Source: an uncultured Flavobacteriales bacterium (lineage in GTDB: Bacteria; Bacteroidota; Bacteroidia; Flavobacteriales; UBA1820). From it: DNA of 64,000 nucleotides. A program made the position numbers and the translations under genes. The notes below the pieces were generated by a model. That model was not told the DNA's origin. It made no database searches and saw nothing but the letters and a program-made list of their open reading frames with translations. Positions 26,466 through 35,468 of this stretch are shown in pieces. The DNA is taken from NCBI GenBank assembly GCA_959608625.1, contig CAUHQV010000007.1, positions 589 through 64,588 on the forward strand, in the 5' to 3' direction. How positions within the stretch are numbered: the stretch's first letter is position 1; every line of letters starts with the position of its first letter.

Positions 26466-27248
26466 ATGGCCGAGAAAGAAATAACGGTAGAACAGAAGCT
26501 TCGTACGCTGTACGACCTCCAGTTGATAGACACGCGCATAGACCAGATCCTGGCCATCCAAGGGGAATTACCCCTGGAAGTAAAGGAGTTGGAAGACGAA
26601 ATTGAAGGCCTCTCCACCCGCCTGGAGCGCTTCACCCAGGAGAACAAGAGTTTCGAGGAGCAGGTAAAGACCCTTAAGCATACGATCCTCGATGCCAAAG
26701 ACCTTATCTCCCGCTATGAGGAGCAGCAGAAGCATGTGCGCAACAACCGCGAATACGATTCGATCAGCAAGGAAATAGAATACCAGAACCTCGAGATCGA
26801 ACACGCTGAAAAGCTTATCCGCGAATCGGGCGCCAAACTCGAAATGCAGAAAGCCCGCATCGTAGAAACGGAAGAAAAACTGGCCGGGCTAAAGGAACAC
26901 CTGAGCGTGAAAAAAGGCGAACTCGAAAGTATTCTGGAGGAAACCCGCCGTGAAAACGAGGCCTTGCAGCAAAAAGCCGACGAGATCGTCACCGAAATAG
27001 AGCCCCGCCTGCTGTTCGCTTACCGCAAAATCCGCGAACGCGTACGCAACGGACTGGCTGTGGTATCGATCGACCGCGGCGCTTCGGAAGGATCTTACTT
27101 CACTATTCCTCCCCAGCGGCAGATCGAGATCGCCATGCGCAAAAAGATCATCGCCGACGAGAACAGCGGCCGTATCCTGGTCGACCCGGAACTGGCCCGC
27201 GAAGAACGCGAAAAGATGGAAGCGATCTTTGACAAGATCCTTCAATAA
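26466..27248 (+). CDS. COG1579-type coiled-coil protein (homologue of C4 zinc-ribbon proteins) lacking the zinc-ligand cysteines
   Basis: 260 aa. It abuts Nif3 (1-nt spacer), the conserved Nif3/COG1579 pairing. A long coiled coil is followed by a C-terminal ..SEGSYFTIPPQ...DENSGRILV where CxxC...CxxC is expected. Confidence 0.7.
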   Translation: MAEKEITVEQKLRTLYDLQLIDTRIDQILAIQGELPLEVKELEDEIEGLSTRLERFTQENKSFEEQVKTLKHTILDAKDLISRYEEQQKHVRNNREYDSISKEIEYQNLEIEHAEKLIRESGAKLEMQKARIVETEEKLAGLKEHLSVKKGELESILEETRRENEALQQKADEIVTEIEPRLLFAYRKIRERVRNGLAVVSIDRGASEGSYFTIPPQRQIEIAMRKKIIADENSGRILVDPELAREEREKMEAIFDKILQ

Positions 27249-27267
27249 AAGCTATAATCCACTACCC

Positions 27268-27299
27268 AAAAAGCCGGCTGCATTGCAGCCGGCTTTTTT
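27268..27299 (+). terminator. Rho-independent terminator after the COG1579-like gene
   Basis: AGCCGGCTGC-att-GCAGCCGGCT followed by TTTTTT. Confidence 0.9.
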
Positions 27300-27501
27300 A
27301 TTGAGAACGCCGTCTTTGCAAATATGACACCCGACTTTCATTTTTGACACAAAAAATACAGTATTCGCAGCAAACAGCCTCTTTCAAAAATTGGGGATTC
27401 CGTAAATATTTTCGATCTTAGCGCCATAAACCGCTCCGGCCCGCAGCGTACGGGTTATGTTTTTTGACTCCCCGCTCCCGGACATTCCCTGAACGACCTA
27501 T

Positions 27502-29292
27502 ATGAAATTACAGATCCCTTGCATCGCATTGGCCACAGCCGCCTTTTTCCTGGCGGGATGCTCCTGCGAAAAATCCGCAAATCTCGAACCGGCCGCACTG
27601 GCCAATACCCGGGTATCGGGCGAACTGGCCGAAAGGATAGCCCGTAACTTCGACCGGCTGGAAACAGAATACTACTGGCCTGAAAACGTATACTGGTCCG
27701 AGGAAAAATCCGGCGGCTGGCCGGCAGATAAGGAAGGCCGGACCATCCTGGCCCTCACATTGGACGCCCAAGCCTCGGGACGCACCCCTGTTTATCTCGA
27801 TACTTTAATTAAAATGCTGCCCGGGCACCTCAACGCCAAAGGTTACCTCGGCACGATCCACCCGGGAGCCGACGAACAGCAGCTTTCCGGGCACGGCTGG
27901 CTGCTGCGCGGGCTATGCGAATACTACGAATGGACGGGCGACAAAAACGTGTTGGCGTATGCCGGCACGATCGCCGACAGCCTGTTTTTGCCCATACTCC
28001 CGCTGATAAAAGGTTACCCGGCCGACCCCGCGTCACGTATCTCCGGCACCGGGGATATGTCCGGATCGACCCAGAACACAGTGAACGGCTGGCGGCTGTC
28101 CTCGGACGTAGGATGCGTATTCATCGGAATGGACGGCCTGATCCATTATTACAAGTACGACCGCGACCCCCGGATCAAAGAAGTGATAGACAGTCTGGTC
28201 TCCCTCTATCTATCCATCGATTTGGTCAAGATCAAAGCCCAGACCCACGCTTCGCTCACGGCCCTGCGGGGACTTTTACGCTACTCGGATATCACCGGCG
28301 ACAGCACGCTGCTGCCTGAGGTGGAAAAACGGTGGAAACTGTACAAGGATTATGGCATGACCGAGAACTTCGAGAATTATAACTGGTTCGAACGCTACGA
28401 TACGTGGACGGAGCCGTGCGCTATCATCGACTCATACCTCACGGCCGTACAACTGTGGATGAAGACCCGAAACCCCGTTTACCTAGAGGATGCGGAAAAA
28501 ATCTACCTGAACGGGATCGCCTCCACCCAGCGGGCGAACGGAGGCTTCGGCTGCGACAAGCCTACAGGGGTCGATTACCATCATCTGGCCATCCATGCGG
28601 ACGAGGCCTACTGGTGCTGCACGATGCGCGGCGGCGAGGGACTGGGCCGCGCGGCGGAATACTCTTATTTTACGGCCGGCGATACTCTGTTCGTTCCTTT
28701 TTACCGGGAAAGCGGTCTCGAACTGAAAGATAAAGATCTGGCTTTGAAACAAAGCACGGACTATCCGTTCGGCTCGCAGGTAACATTCACCCTGGACAAG
28801 ACTCCCGACAAAGAAATAAGCCTGGCCCTTTTTATCCCTTCCTACATGGCCTCCGACACCCTGCGGGTGAACGGGGAAAAAGTAATCGCGGACAAAAAGG
28901 ATGGCTTCGCCATACTCACCCGCCGGTTCTCCCCCGGGGATAAAGTAGAACTGGATTACGCTTTCGCCACCTCATGGCAGCCGCTGGGCAACAAAGATAT
29001 CTCCGACACCACCCTGCGCAAAGCCCTTTACGGGCCGCTGGTTCTGGGTGCGAAGATAATGAAACCCTTGATCGTTCCGGAAAACACGCCTCCTCCCGTA
29101 CGCATCGGCAGCCGGTACGAATTCCTGATCGAAGAGACCGGCGATACCCTGAAACCCCTTTATCACTTGATGGATCCGTCGGTGTCCCTGAAAGACAAAT
29201 ACCACCGGGAGATCATCGCCGCCCCGGCCCGGATGGATTCCTTGCATTGCTCGTTTCCCCTGAATACCCCCCAAAGCCAAGAGAAAAAATGA
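27502..29292 (+). CDS. GH127/GH146-like (DUF1680, beta-L-arabinofuranosidase-type) lipoprotein glycoside hydrolase
   Basis: 596 aa with a lipobox (FFLAGC). E-x-C (WTEPCAI) and an adjacent CC (AYWCCTMRGG) lie about 70 residues apart. This resembles the Glu/Cys/Cys-Cys zinc-nucleophile site recalled from B. longum HypBA1. Confidence 0.65.
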   Translation: MKLQIPCIALATAAFFLAGCSCEKSANLEPAALANTRVSGELAERIARNFDRLETEYYWPENVYWSEEKSGGWPADKEGRTILALTLDAQASGRTPVYLDTLIKMLPGHLNAKGYLGTIHPGADEQQLSGHGWLLRGLCEYYEWTGDKNVLAYAGTIADSLFLPILPLIKGYPADPASRISGTGDMSGSTQNTVNGWRLSSDVGCVFIGMDGLIHYYKYDRDPRIKEVIDSLVSLYLSIDLVKIKAQTHASLTALRGLLRYSDITGDSTLLPEVEKRWKLYKDYGMTENFENYNWFERYDTWTEPCAIIDSYLTAVQLWMKTRNPVYLEDAEKIYLNGIASTQRANGGFGCDKPTGVDYHHLAIHADEAYWCCTMRGGEGLGRAAEYSYFTAGDTLFVPFYRESGLELKDKDLALKQSTDYPFGSQVTFTLDKTPDKEISLALFIPSYMASDTLRVNGEKVIADKKDGFAILTRRFSPGDKVELDYAFATSWQPLGNKDISDTTLRKALYGPLVLGAKIMKPLIVPENTPPPVRIGSRYEFLIEETGDTLKPLYHLMDPSVSLKDKYHREIIAAPARMDSLHCSFPLNTPQSQEKK

Positions 29293-32200
29293 AACGACTT
29301 TCCATAGCCTTTGCCGGTTTTTTACTGGCTGCAGCGAGCCTGCTGATCGGTTCCTGCTCATCGGATAAATCGGCTGCCCTGGACGACCGGGAACTGTACG
29401 ATTCGTTCAAAGACCCCGGCACCCAGTGGCGCGGCAAGCCCTTTTGGGCCTGGAACGGCCGCTTGGAAAAGGACGAACTGCTCCGCCAGCTGGGCCTGTT
29501 CAAAGAGATGGGCATGGGCGGGGTATTCATGCATTCCCGTGTAGGCCTGCAAACCGAATACCTGGGCGAAGAATGGTTCGACCTGACCAACGCCGTAGCC
29601 GATTCGGCCGCCCGAATGGGGCTCGACGCCTACCTGTACGACGAAGACCGTTGGCCGTCCGGCACTGCCGGGGGCATGGTGACCCGTGACCATCCGGAGC
29701 TTCGGATGAATTTCGTCGAGCTGTTCACCCTACCGGCAGAAGAATTCCGGTGGGACAGCGATTCTATCGTAGCGGCTTTCGCCTGCGAGCTGGACGGGGT
29801 GAACTATTCCCGCCTCGTCCGCCTTTCCAGGGATTCCGATCCCGCTCAATATAGCGGGAAGACCGTCCTGAAATTCCTGCACCGCACCCGCAGCTGTACC
29901 GACGTATACAACGGCGGAACCTACCTCGACGTGTTCAACCCCGAGGCTACCCAAAAATTCATCTCCCTCACCCACGAGAAGTACAAGGAACACTGCGGGG
30001 ATCGGATGGGCCGGGAGATCAAAGGCATCTTCACCGACGAACCGCACCGCGGAGGGCTCTTTACCGATTTCGACGGCAACCCGGACGGGGTCGGCAACAA
30101 TCCCCGCACCGCCCCCTGGACACCCCGTATGCCCGAAGAATACCAAGCCCGCTTCGGCGGCGACCTGGTAGCCGACCTGCCGAAACTCTTCCTGCGCGAG
30201 AACGGAGAGCGGATCAACGACGTGAAATGGAAATACTGCGAACTGGCTGAGTCACTCTTCCTGGAGAATTTCGCCAAACCGCAGTACGACTGGTGCACGG
30301 AGAACGGTATCGCCTATACCGGCCATGTGCTGCACGAAGACAACCTCACCAGCCAAGTGACGATGCAGGGTTCCCTGATGCGTTACTACGAATATATGCA
30401 CATCCCCGGCATGGACATGCTCACCGAAGGCGCCCGTCCGTACTGGGCGGCCAAACAGTTGGCATCCGTCGGCCGGCAACTGGGTAAAAAATGGCTTCTG
30501 TCGGAAACGTACGGCGTGACGGGCTGGCAATTCGATTTCCGGGGGCACAAGGCCATCGGCGACTGGCAGGCCCTGTTCGGGATCAACTTCCGCTGCCACC
30601 ATTTGTCGTGGTATACGATGGAAGGCGAGGCCAAACGGGACTACCCGGCCAGCATCTTTTTCCAGTCCGCCTGGTGGAAGGATTACAAATACGTCGAAGA
30701 TTACTTCTCCCGGCTGGGGTTGCTGTTGAGCCAGGGCGAACCGGTATGCGACCTATTGGTAGTCAATCCGATCGAAAGCGTCTGGGCACAGGTATACTCC
30801 GGCGCGTTCAACAATTTAATGCCCGCTTCGCCGGAGATCCGGGAGATGGAGAAAAAATACGCCGGCTTGTTCCACTGGCTGGCCGGCGCGCGGATAGACT
30901 TCGACTACGGCGACGAAGAAATGATGGGCCGCCTGGCTTCGGTCGGGAAAGGCCCCGAAGGCACTCCGGTATTGAAAGTAGGGCAAGCCGCCTACCGTAC
31001 GGTACTGGTGGGCAACATGGAGACCATGCGCGCCTCGACTCTGAAACTGCTGGACAATTTCGTAGGGCAAGGCGGGCAAGTGATTTTTGCCGGGCAGGCG
31101 CCGCAGTATGTGGACGCCCAGCCATCGGACGCCCCGAAAAAACTGGCCGGAAACGCCATCCAAATAGATTATACCCGGGAAGCCATCCTTCCGGCCGTAG
31201 AGGCGGCTATCCGCCCGGTCGTAAAAGTAACGGACAATTCTACCGGAGAGAACATCCCCGAAATATTCGGACAGGTGCGTTACGATGGAAAACGCTATTA
31301 TGTAGCCCTGATGAACACGAACCGCACCAATGGATTTGCCGATGTGACCGTCACCCTTCCTTTCGGGGGGAATGCCGCCTTGTGGGATTGCCGCACGGGG
31401 GAAGTCTGGCAACAGGAATGCACCCGGCGGGGCGATAGCCTCACGATCAAAACTGCCTTCGAACCTATCGGGGAAAAGGTCTATACGGTATCCGCCGAAA
31501 TGCCGGATTTTGCCCGGAAAGCAGACGCCGAAGCTAAAATCACGAAGAAGGAACTACCCGGGAAATACGCTTACCGCCTGGACGAGCCGAATATTTGCGT
31601 ACTCGACGTGGCCACCTGGCAAATAGAGGGGCAGCCCCAAAATCCCCTTGCCGAGATACTGAAAATAGACCGGGGAATACGCGATTATTTCGGGCTGCCC
31701 TACCGGGGCGGGGATATGCTCCAGCCCTGGTATGCAGAAAAATACCTGCCGGACAATTCGCAGGAGTTGGGCCGCGTCACGTTGGATTTCCCGTTCGATG
31801 TGGAAATCGTTCCCACCGGAGAACTCTTCCTGTGCATGGAGACCCCGGAGCATTTTTCGGTCAGCCTGAACGGGACGGAACTGAAAAAGACGGATGCCGG
31901 GTGGTATATCGACCCATCCATCCGAAAAATCCCCCTGTCGCCCACCCTACTGAAAAAAGGAAAGAACCACCTGACGATGACTTTCGGTTTCAGCCGCGAC
32001 CTCAACCTGGAAGCCCTGCTGCTCACCGGGGATTTCGGGGTACGGCTGGACGGCATCGACCGGACGCTCACTATGCTCCCGGATAGTCTTTCCGCAGGCG
32101 ACATCGTTCCCCAAGGGCTTCCGTTCTACTCCGGGGCCGTTACCTATCAAATAGACAAGCTGCCTTCTGTGGGTAGCGACCAAAAGGTTTTTCTAAAAAT

Positions 32201-32507
32201 TCCGTCCTACGACGGGGCCTGCCTGAAGACGGCAGACGGGCAGATGGCGGCCTGGTCTCCTTACCGGCTGGACGTGACCGAAGCGGCGAAAAAAGAAGAA
32301 CCGGCCGAAATAACGGTAGTCCTTACCCGCCGTAACACCTTCGGCCCCCTGCATGCGCTGCCCGCCCGGATGGGTGCTTACGGCCCGATGCACTGGACGA
32401 CCGAAGGTAAGAGCTTTACGCTGGAAAAATACGTGCTGCTACCCACCGGGCTCACTTATGCGCCTACCGTCATGATGGCCGCCGAAGCACCCGGCCCGGA
32501 ATCCTGA
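29289..32507 (+). CDS. Large lipoprotein glycoside hydrolase (possibly GH106-like, family uncertain)
   Basis: Trimmed from 28974 to MKRLSIAFAGFLLAAASLLIGSC (lipobox). Its ATG overlaps the upstream TGA (ATGA). The N-terminal block is GKPFWAWNGRLEKDEL...GMGGVFMHSRVGLQTEYLGEEW...YLYDEDRWPSG. Confidence 0.7.
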   Translation: MKRLSIAFAGFLLAAASLLIGSCSSDKSAALDDRELYDSFKDPGTQWRGKPFWAWNGRLEKDELLRQLGLFKEMGMGGVFMHSRVGLQTEYLGEEWFDLTNAVADSAARMGLDAYLYDEDRWPSGTAGGMVTRDHPELRMNFVELFTLPAEEFRWDSDSIVAAFACELDGVNYSRLVRLSRDSDPAQYSGKTVLKFLHRTRSCTDVYNGGTYLDVFNPEATQKFISLTHEKYKEHCGDRMGREIKGIFTDEPHRGGLFTDFDGNPDGVGNNPRTAPWTPRMPEEYQARFGGDLVADLPKLFLRENGERINDVKWKYCELAESLFLENFAKPQYDWCTENGIAYTGHVLHEDNLTSQVTMQGSLMRYYEYMHIPGMDMLTEGARPYWAAKQLASVGRQLGKKWLLSETYGVTGWQFDFRGHKAIGDWQALFGINFRCHHLSWYTMEGEAKRDYPASIFFQSAWWKDYKYVEDYFSRLGLLLSQGEPVCDLLVVNPIESVWAQVYSGAFNNLMPASPEIREMEKKYAGLFHWLAGARIDFDYGDEEMMGRLASVGKGPEGTPVLKVGQAAYRTVLVGNMETMRASTLKLLDNFVGQGGQVIFAGQAPQYVDAQPSDAPKKLAGNAIQIDYTREAILPAVEAAIRPVVKVTDNSTGENIPEIFGQVRYDGKRYYVALMNTNRTNGFADVTVTLPFGGNAALWDCRTGEVWQQECTRRGDSLTIKTAFEPIGEKVYTVSAEMPDFARKADAEAKITKKELPGKYAYRLDEPNICVLDVATWQIEGQPQNPLAEILKIDRGIRDYFGLPYRGGDMLQPWYAEKYLPDNSQELGRVTLDFPFDVEIVPTGELFLCMETPEHFSVSLNGTELKKTDAGWYIDPSIRKIPLSPTLLKKGKNHLTMTFGFSRDLNLEALLLTGDFGVRLDGIDRTLTMLPDSLSAGDIVPQGLPFYSGAVTYQIDKLPSVGSDQKVFLKIPSYDGACLKTADGQMAAWSPYRLDVTEAAKKEEPAEITVVLTRRNTFGPLHALPARMGAYGPMHWTTEGKSFTLEKYVLLPTGLTYAPTVMMAAEAPGPES

Positions 32508-32525
32508 TCCGGATATTTAGTTAAT

Positions 32526-32562
32526 AAAAAGGGCGGAGACCAATCGGTTTCCGCCCTTTTTT
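32526..32562. terminator. Bidirectional terminator between the large GH (+) and mtnN (-)
   Basis: 11-bp stem GGGCGGAGACC-aatc-GGTTTCCGCCC flanked by AAAAA and TTTTTT. Confidence 0.9.
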
Positions 32563-32580
32563 ATTAGTGAAATCCGCTTT

Positions 32581-33330
32581 CTATTTTTTGTTCAAAAACT
32601 CCTTTATTATATAAAAGGAGTAGAGGCTGGCCACTTTCGAGAGAAACTTGGGATAATCGTCCGGCGCATCCCCGTTCGCCGTGTCGGAAATGGTACGCAT
32701 CACGGCAAAAGGGATCCCATGTTCCCAGCAGACCTGGGCTACGGCAGCACCCTCCATTTCCACGGCATACATATCCGGCAGATCGTTCATGATCCGCTCG
32801 CGCACCTTGTCGGTTTTGACGAACTGGTCGCCGGTGGCGATATTTTTCCGGTGCACCAATACGTTTTCCAGCGAGAATTCCGCAACATCCTCGGGGCTGA
32901 TATGCTCCTTTATCCGCGCCGCGAAATAACGGGCCGCCTCGGCCAGCAGATTCGACGTATGGGTATCCGTTTCGATCCCGTCCGGCCCCACCAAAGGCAC
33001 GAAATAACGGGGCTTAAACGGAGAGGCATCCACATCGTGATGGTACAGGCGTTCGGCCACGACAATATCCCCGATCCGGGCATGGGCGTCCAGACCGCCC
33101 GCCACCCCGGTGAATACCAGGCGGTCGATCCCGAATACATTGATCAGGTTGGCCGTGGTAGAGGCCGCCGCTGTCTTCCCCCACTGGGAAAAGACGAGCA
33201 CCACATCGTGCCCGAAGAGTTTTCCTTCGATATATTCCCGCCGTCCCAGGTTAGTCTTTTTCTCCACTTCTACTGCCTGAAGGAGCCGGTCGAATTCCTC
33301 GTACATCGCGCTTATGATACCTGTTTTCAT
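32581..33330 (-). CDS. mtnN: 5'-methylthioadenosine/S-adenosylhomocysteine nucleosidase
   Basis: Trimmed to MKTGIISAMYEEF. PNP_UDP_1 fold motifs are present (FTGVAGGL, VEMEGAAVAQVC, MRTISD). Confidence 0.88.
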   Translation of the reverse strand: MKTGIISAMYEEFDRLLQAVEVEKKTNLGRREYIEGKLFGHDVVLVFSQWGKTAAASTTANLINVFGIDRLVFTGVAGGLDAHARIGDIVVAERLYHHDVDASPFKPRYFVPLVGPDGIETDTHTSNLLAEAARYFAARIKEHISPEDVAEFSLENVLVHRKNIATGDQFVKTDKVRERIMNDLPDMYAVEMEGAAVAQVCWEHGIPFAVMRTISDTANGDAPDDYPKFLSKVASLYSFYIIKEFLNKK

Positions 33331-33360
33331 ACTGTCTTTCTTATAGTTTCGATTCTGCGA

Positions 33361-33368
33361 CAAAGGTA
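33361..33368 (-). promoter_or_regulatory. Candidate -7 box (TACCTTTG on the minus strand) for mtnN
   Basis: It lies 31 nt upstream of ATG 33330 and inside the longer track ORF, which supports the trimmed start. Confidence 0.5.
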
Positions 33369-33572
33369 ACACTAAAACCCGGAGCGGAAAAGCCGGATGC
33401 GGCCGGATTTTTAACATTGGCGGAGCTTTTTTAAAAACGGTCTTTTTTTTAGCCCAACTTTATTATTTGCAGATGATTGCAATGCGGATTTTTAACAAAT
33501 GGTTAACAGCAAAACACCCTCTGAATTGCGAATTTCGTATATCGAAAAAACACAGAAAAAAAGTATATAAAA

Positions 33573-34580
33573 ATGGAAGAATCGAACAAATCGGTCGACA
33601 TTCGTGCATTGGGTGAAAAAATCGCCCGCGAGAGCGCTTTTGTTAATTTGCTCACCAGCGAGATCAACAACGTCATCGTAGGACAGAATCAAATGATCGA
33701 GCGCCTGATGATAGGCCTGCTGGGCGGAGGGCATATCCTGCTGGAAGGCGTCCCCGGACTGGCAAAGACACTGGCCATCAACTCGCTGGCAAAAGCCGTG
33801 GACGGCGATTTCTCCCGCATACAGTTCACCCCCGACCTGCTCCCGGCAGACGTGATCGGTACGATGATCTACAATGTGAAAGACGGGGATTTCTCCATCA
33901 AAAAAGGCCCGGTATTCGCCAATTTCGTCCTGGCGGACGAAATAAACCGCGCCCCGGCCAAGGTGCAATCGGCCCTGCTGGAAGCGATGCAGGAGCGCCA
34001 GGTCACTATCGGGGAGGAAACATTCCGCTTGGACGATCCGTTTTTGGTCATGGCCACCCAGAACCCGATCGAGCAGGAAGGTACTTATCCCCTGCCCGAA
34101 GCGCAGATGGACCGTTTCATGCTTAAGACCGTCGTGGAATACCCCTCCAAAGAGGACGAGCAGAAGATCATGCGCCGCATCGCCGGAACCGAAGGCACGA
34201 AAGCCATCCGTCCGGTCGTATCGCTGGAGGATATCCGCCGCGGACGCGAAGCCGCCAAGGAAGTATATATGGATGAAAAGATCGAGCAGTACATCCTCGA
34301 TATCGTTTTCGCCACGCGTTTCCCCGGCGAGTACAAACTGGATAAACTCAAACCGCTGATCGCGTACGGGGCATCCCCGCGAGGCAGTATCAACCTGGTA
34401 ACAGCCTCCAAGGTATACGCTTTCCTGCGCGGACGGGGCTATGTGATCCCGGAAGACGTCCGTGCCGTAGCGCCGGACGTACTGCGCCACCGTATCGGAG
34501 TGACCTACGAAGCGGAAGCGGAGAACGTGCGTACCGAAGAGATCATCAACACCATTATCAACGAAGTACAGGTTCCCTGA
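33573..34580 (+). CDS. MoxR-family AAA+ ATPase (first gene of the Bat operon)
   Basis: 335 aa with Walker A (LEGVPGLAKT), Walker B (LADEINRAPAKVQSALLEAMQE) and ATQNPIEQEGTYPLPEAQ.DRF. Confidence 0.92.
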   Translation: MEESNKSVDIRALGEKIARESAFVNLLTSEINNVIVGQNQMIERLMIGLLGGGHILLEGVPGLAKTLAINSLAKAVDGDFSRIQFTPDLLPADVIGTMIYNVKDGDFSIKKGPVFANFVLADEINRAPAKVQSALLEAMQERQVTIGEETFRLDDPFLVMATQNPIEQEGTYPLPEAQMDRFMLKTVVEYPSKEDEQKIMRRIAGTEGTKAIRPVVSLEDIRRGREAAKEVYMDEKIEQYILDIVFATRFPGEYKLDKLKPLIAYGASPRGSINLVTASKVYAFLRGRGYVIPEDVRAVAPDVLRHRIGVTYEAEAENVRTEEIINTIINEVQVP

Positions 34581-34604
34581 TTTCATTAAAAGGAGGATTC
34601 CGCG

Positions 34605-35468
34605 ATGGATGTCAAGGAAGTACTTAAGAAAGTCCGCAAAATAGAGATCAAGACGCGCCGCTTGTCCGACCATGTCTTCTCGGGCGAATACCACAGTTCG
34701 TTCAAAGGCCGGGGTATGACGTTCAGCGAAGTGCGGGCCTACCAGTTCGGCGACGACGTGCGCAACATCGATTGGAACGTGACCGCCAAAACGAGCCTGC
34801 CCCATGTCAAGGTCTTCGAAGAAGAACGCGAATTGACCATGATGCTGGCCGTCGACGTATCGGGCTCGCAGTTTTTCGGCACGGGCGATGCGACCAAACG
34901 GGATATCGTTACCGAAATATGCGCCACGCTGGCTTTTTCGGCCATGGGCAACAACGACAAGATCGGCCTGATGCTGTTCTCGGACAAGGTGGAATTGTTC
35001 ATTCCGCCCGGAAAAGGACGGATGCACGTACTGCGTATCATCCGCGAACTGATCGAGTTCGAGCCGTCCAGCCGCCGCACCAATATCAGCGCCGCCATGG
35101 AATACCTGTTCGGTGTATTGAAAAAGAAAGCGATCGTATTCCTCGTTTCGGACTTCATCGATGCCTCGTACAAGGACTCGCTCACCGTAGTGGCCCGCAA
35201 GCACGACCTGACGGGGATACGGATCTACGACCCGGCCGAAGCGGCCATTCCCGACATGGGCATGGTACTGATGCGCCACGACGAAACCGGACGCTACGTC
35301 TGGGTGAACACTTCGTCCAAGTCGGTCAAGAATTCCTACCGCCAGCAGTATGACCGCCGCGTCAACTATTTTCAGGATACTTTCCGCCACTGCGGGGCGG
35401 GCACGATAAGCACAAGCACGAAAGATGATTATGCCAAACAGTTACTCGGATATTTCCGCATGCGCTAA
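34605..35468 (+). CDS. DUF58 (vWA-like) protein, MoxR partner
   Basis: 287 aa with the DUF58 signature VRAYQFGDDVRNIDWNVTAK followed by a vWA-like LAVDVSGSQ. Confidence 0.88.
   Translation: MDVKEVLKKVRKIEIKTRRLSDHVFSGEYHSSFKGRGMTFSEVRAYQFGDDVRNIDWNVTAKTSLPHVKVFEEERELTMMLAVDVSGSQFFGTGDATKRDIVTEICATLAFSAMGNNDKIGLMLFSDKVELFIPPGKGRMHVLRIIRELIEFEPSSRRTNISAAMEYLFGVLKKKAIVFLVSDFIDASYKDSLTVVARKHDLTGIRIYDPAEAAIPDMGMVLMRHDETGRYVWVNTSSKSVKNSYRQQYDRRVNYFQDTFRHCGAGTISTSTKDDYAKQLLGYFRMR

Noticed and set aside
27428-27470. Terminator-like element (an imperfect stem followed by TGTTTTTT) about 35 nt upstream of the GH127-like start. It might indicate a small RNA or attenuator.
   Set aside because: The stem is only 4-5 bp with bulges in every pairing I tried. 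There is no convincing upstream promoter box between 27300 and 27430. The evidence is too weak to call.
28974-29288. 105-codon N-terminal extension of the large glycoside hydrolase ORF, overlapping the GH127-like gene in another frame.
   Set aside because: The extension is Arg/Pro-rich nonsense. A canonical lipoprotein signal begins at ATG 29289, which is coupled to the upstream stop.
33492-35390. 632-aa minus-strand ORF antisense to the MoxR and DUF58 genes.
   Set aside because: It is a shadow ORF. The plus strand carries Walker A/B and DUF58 signatures.
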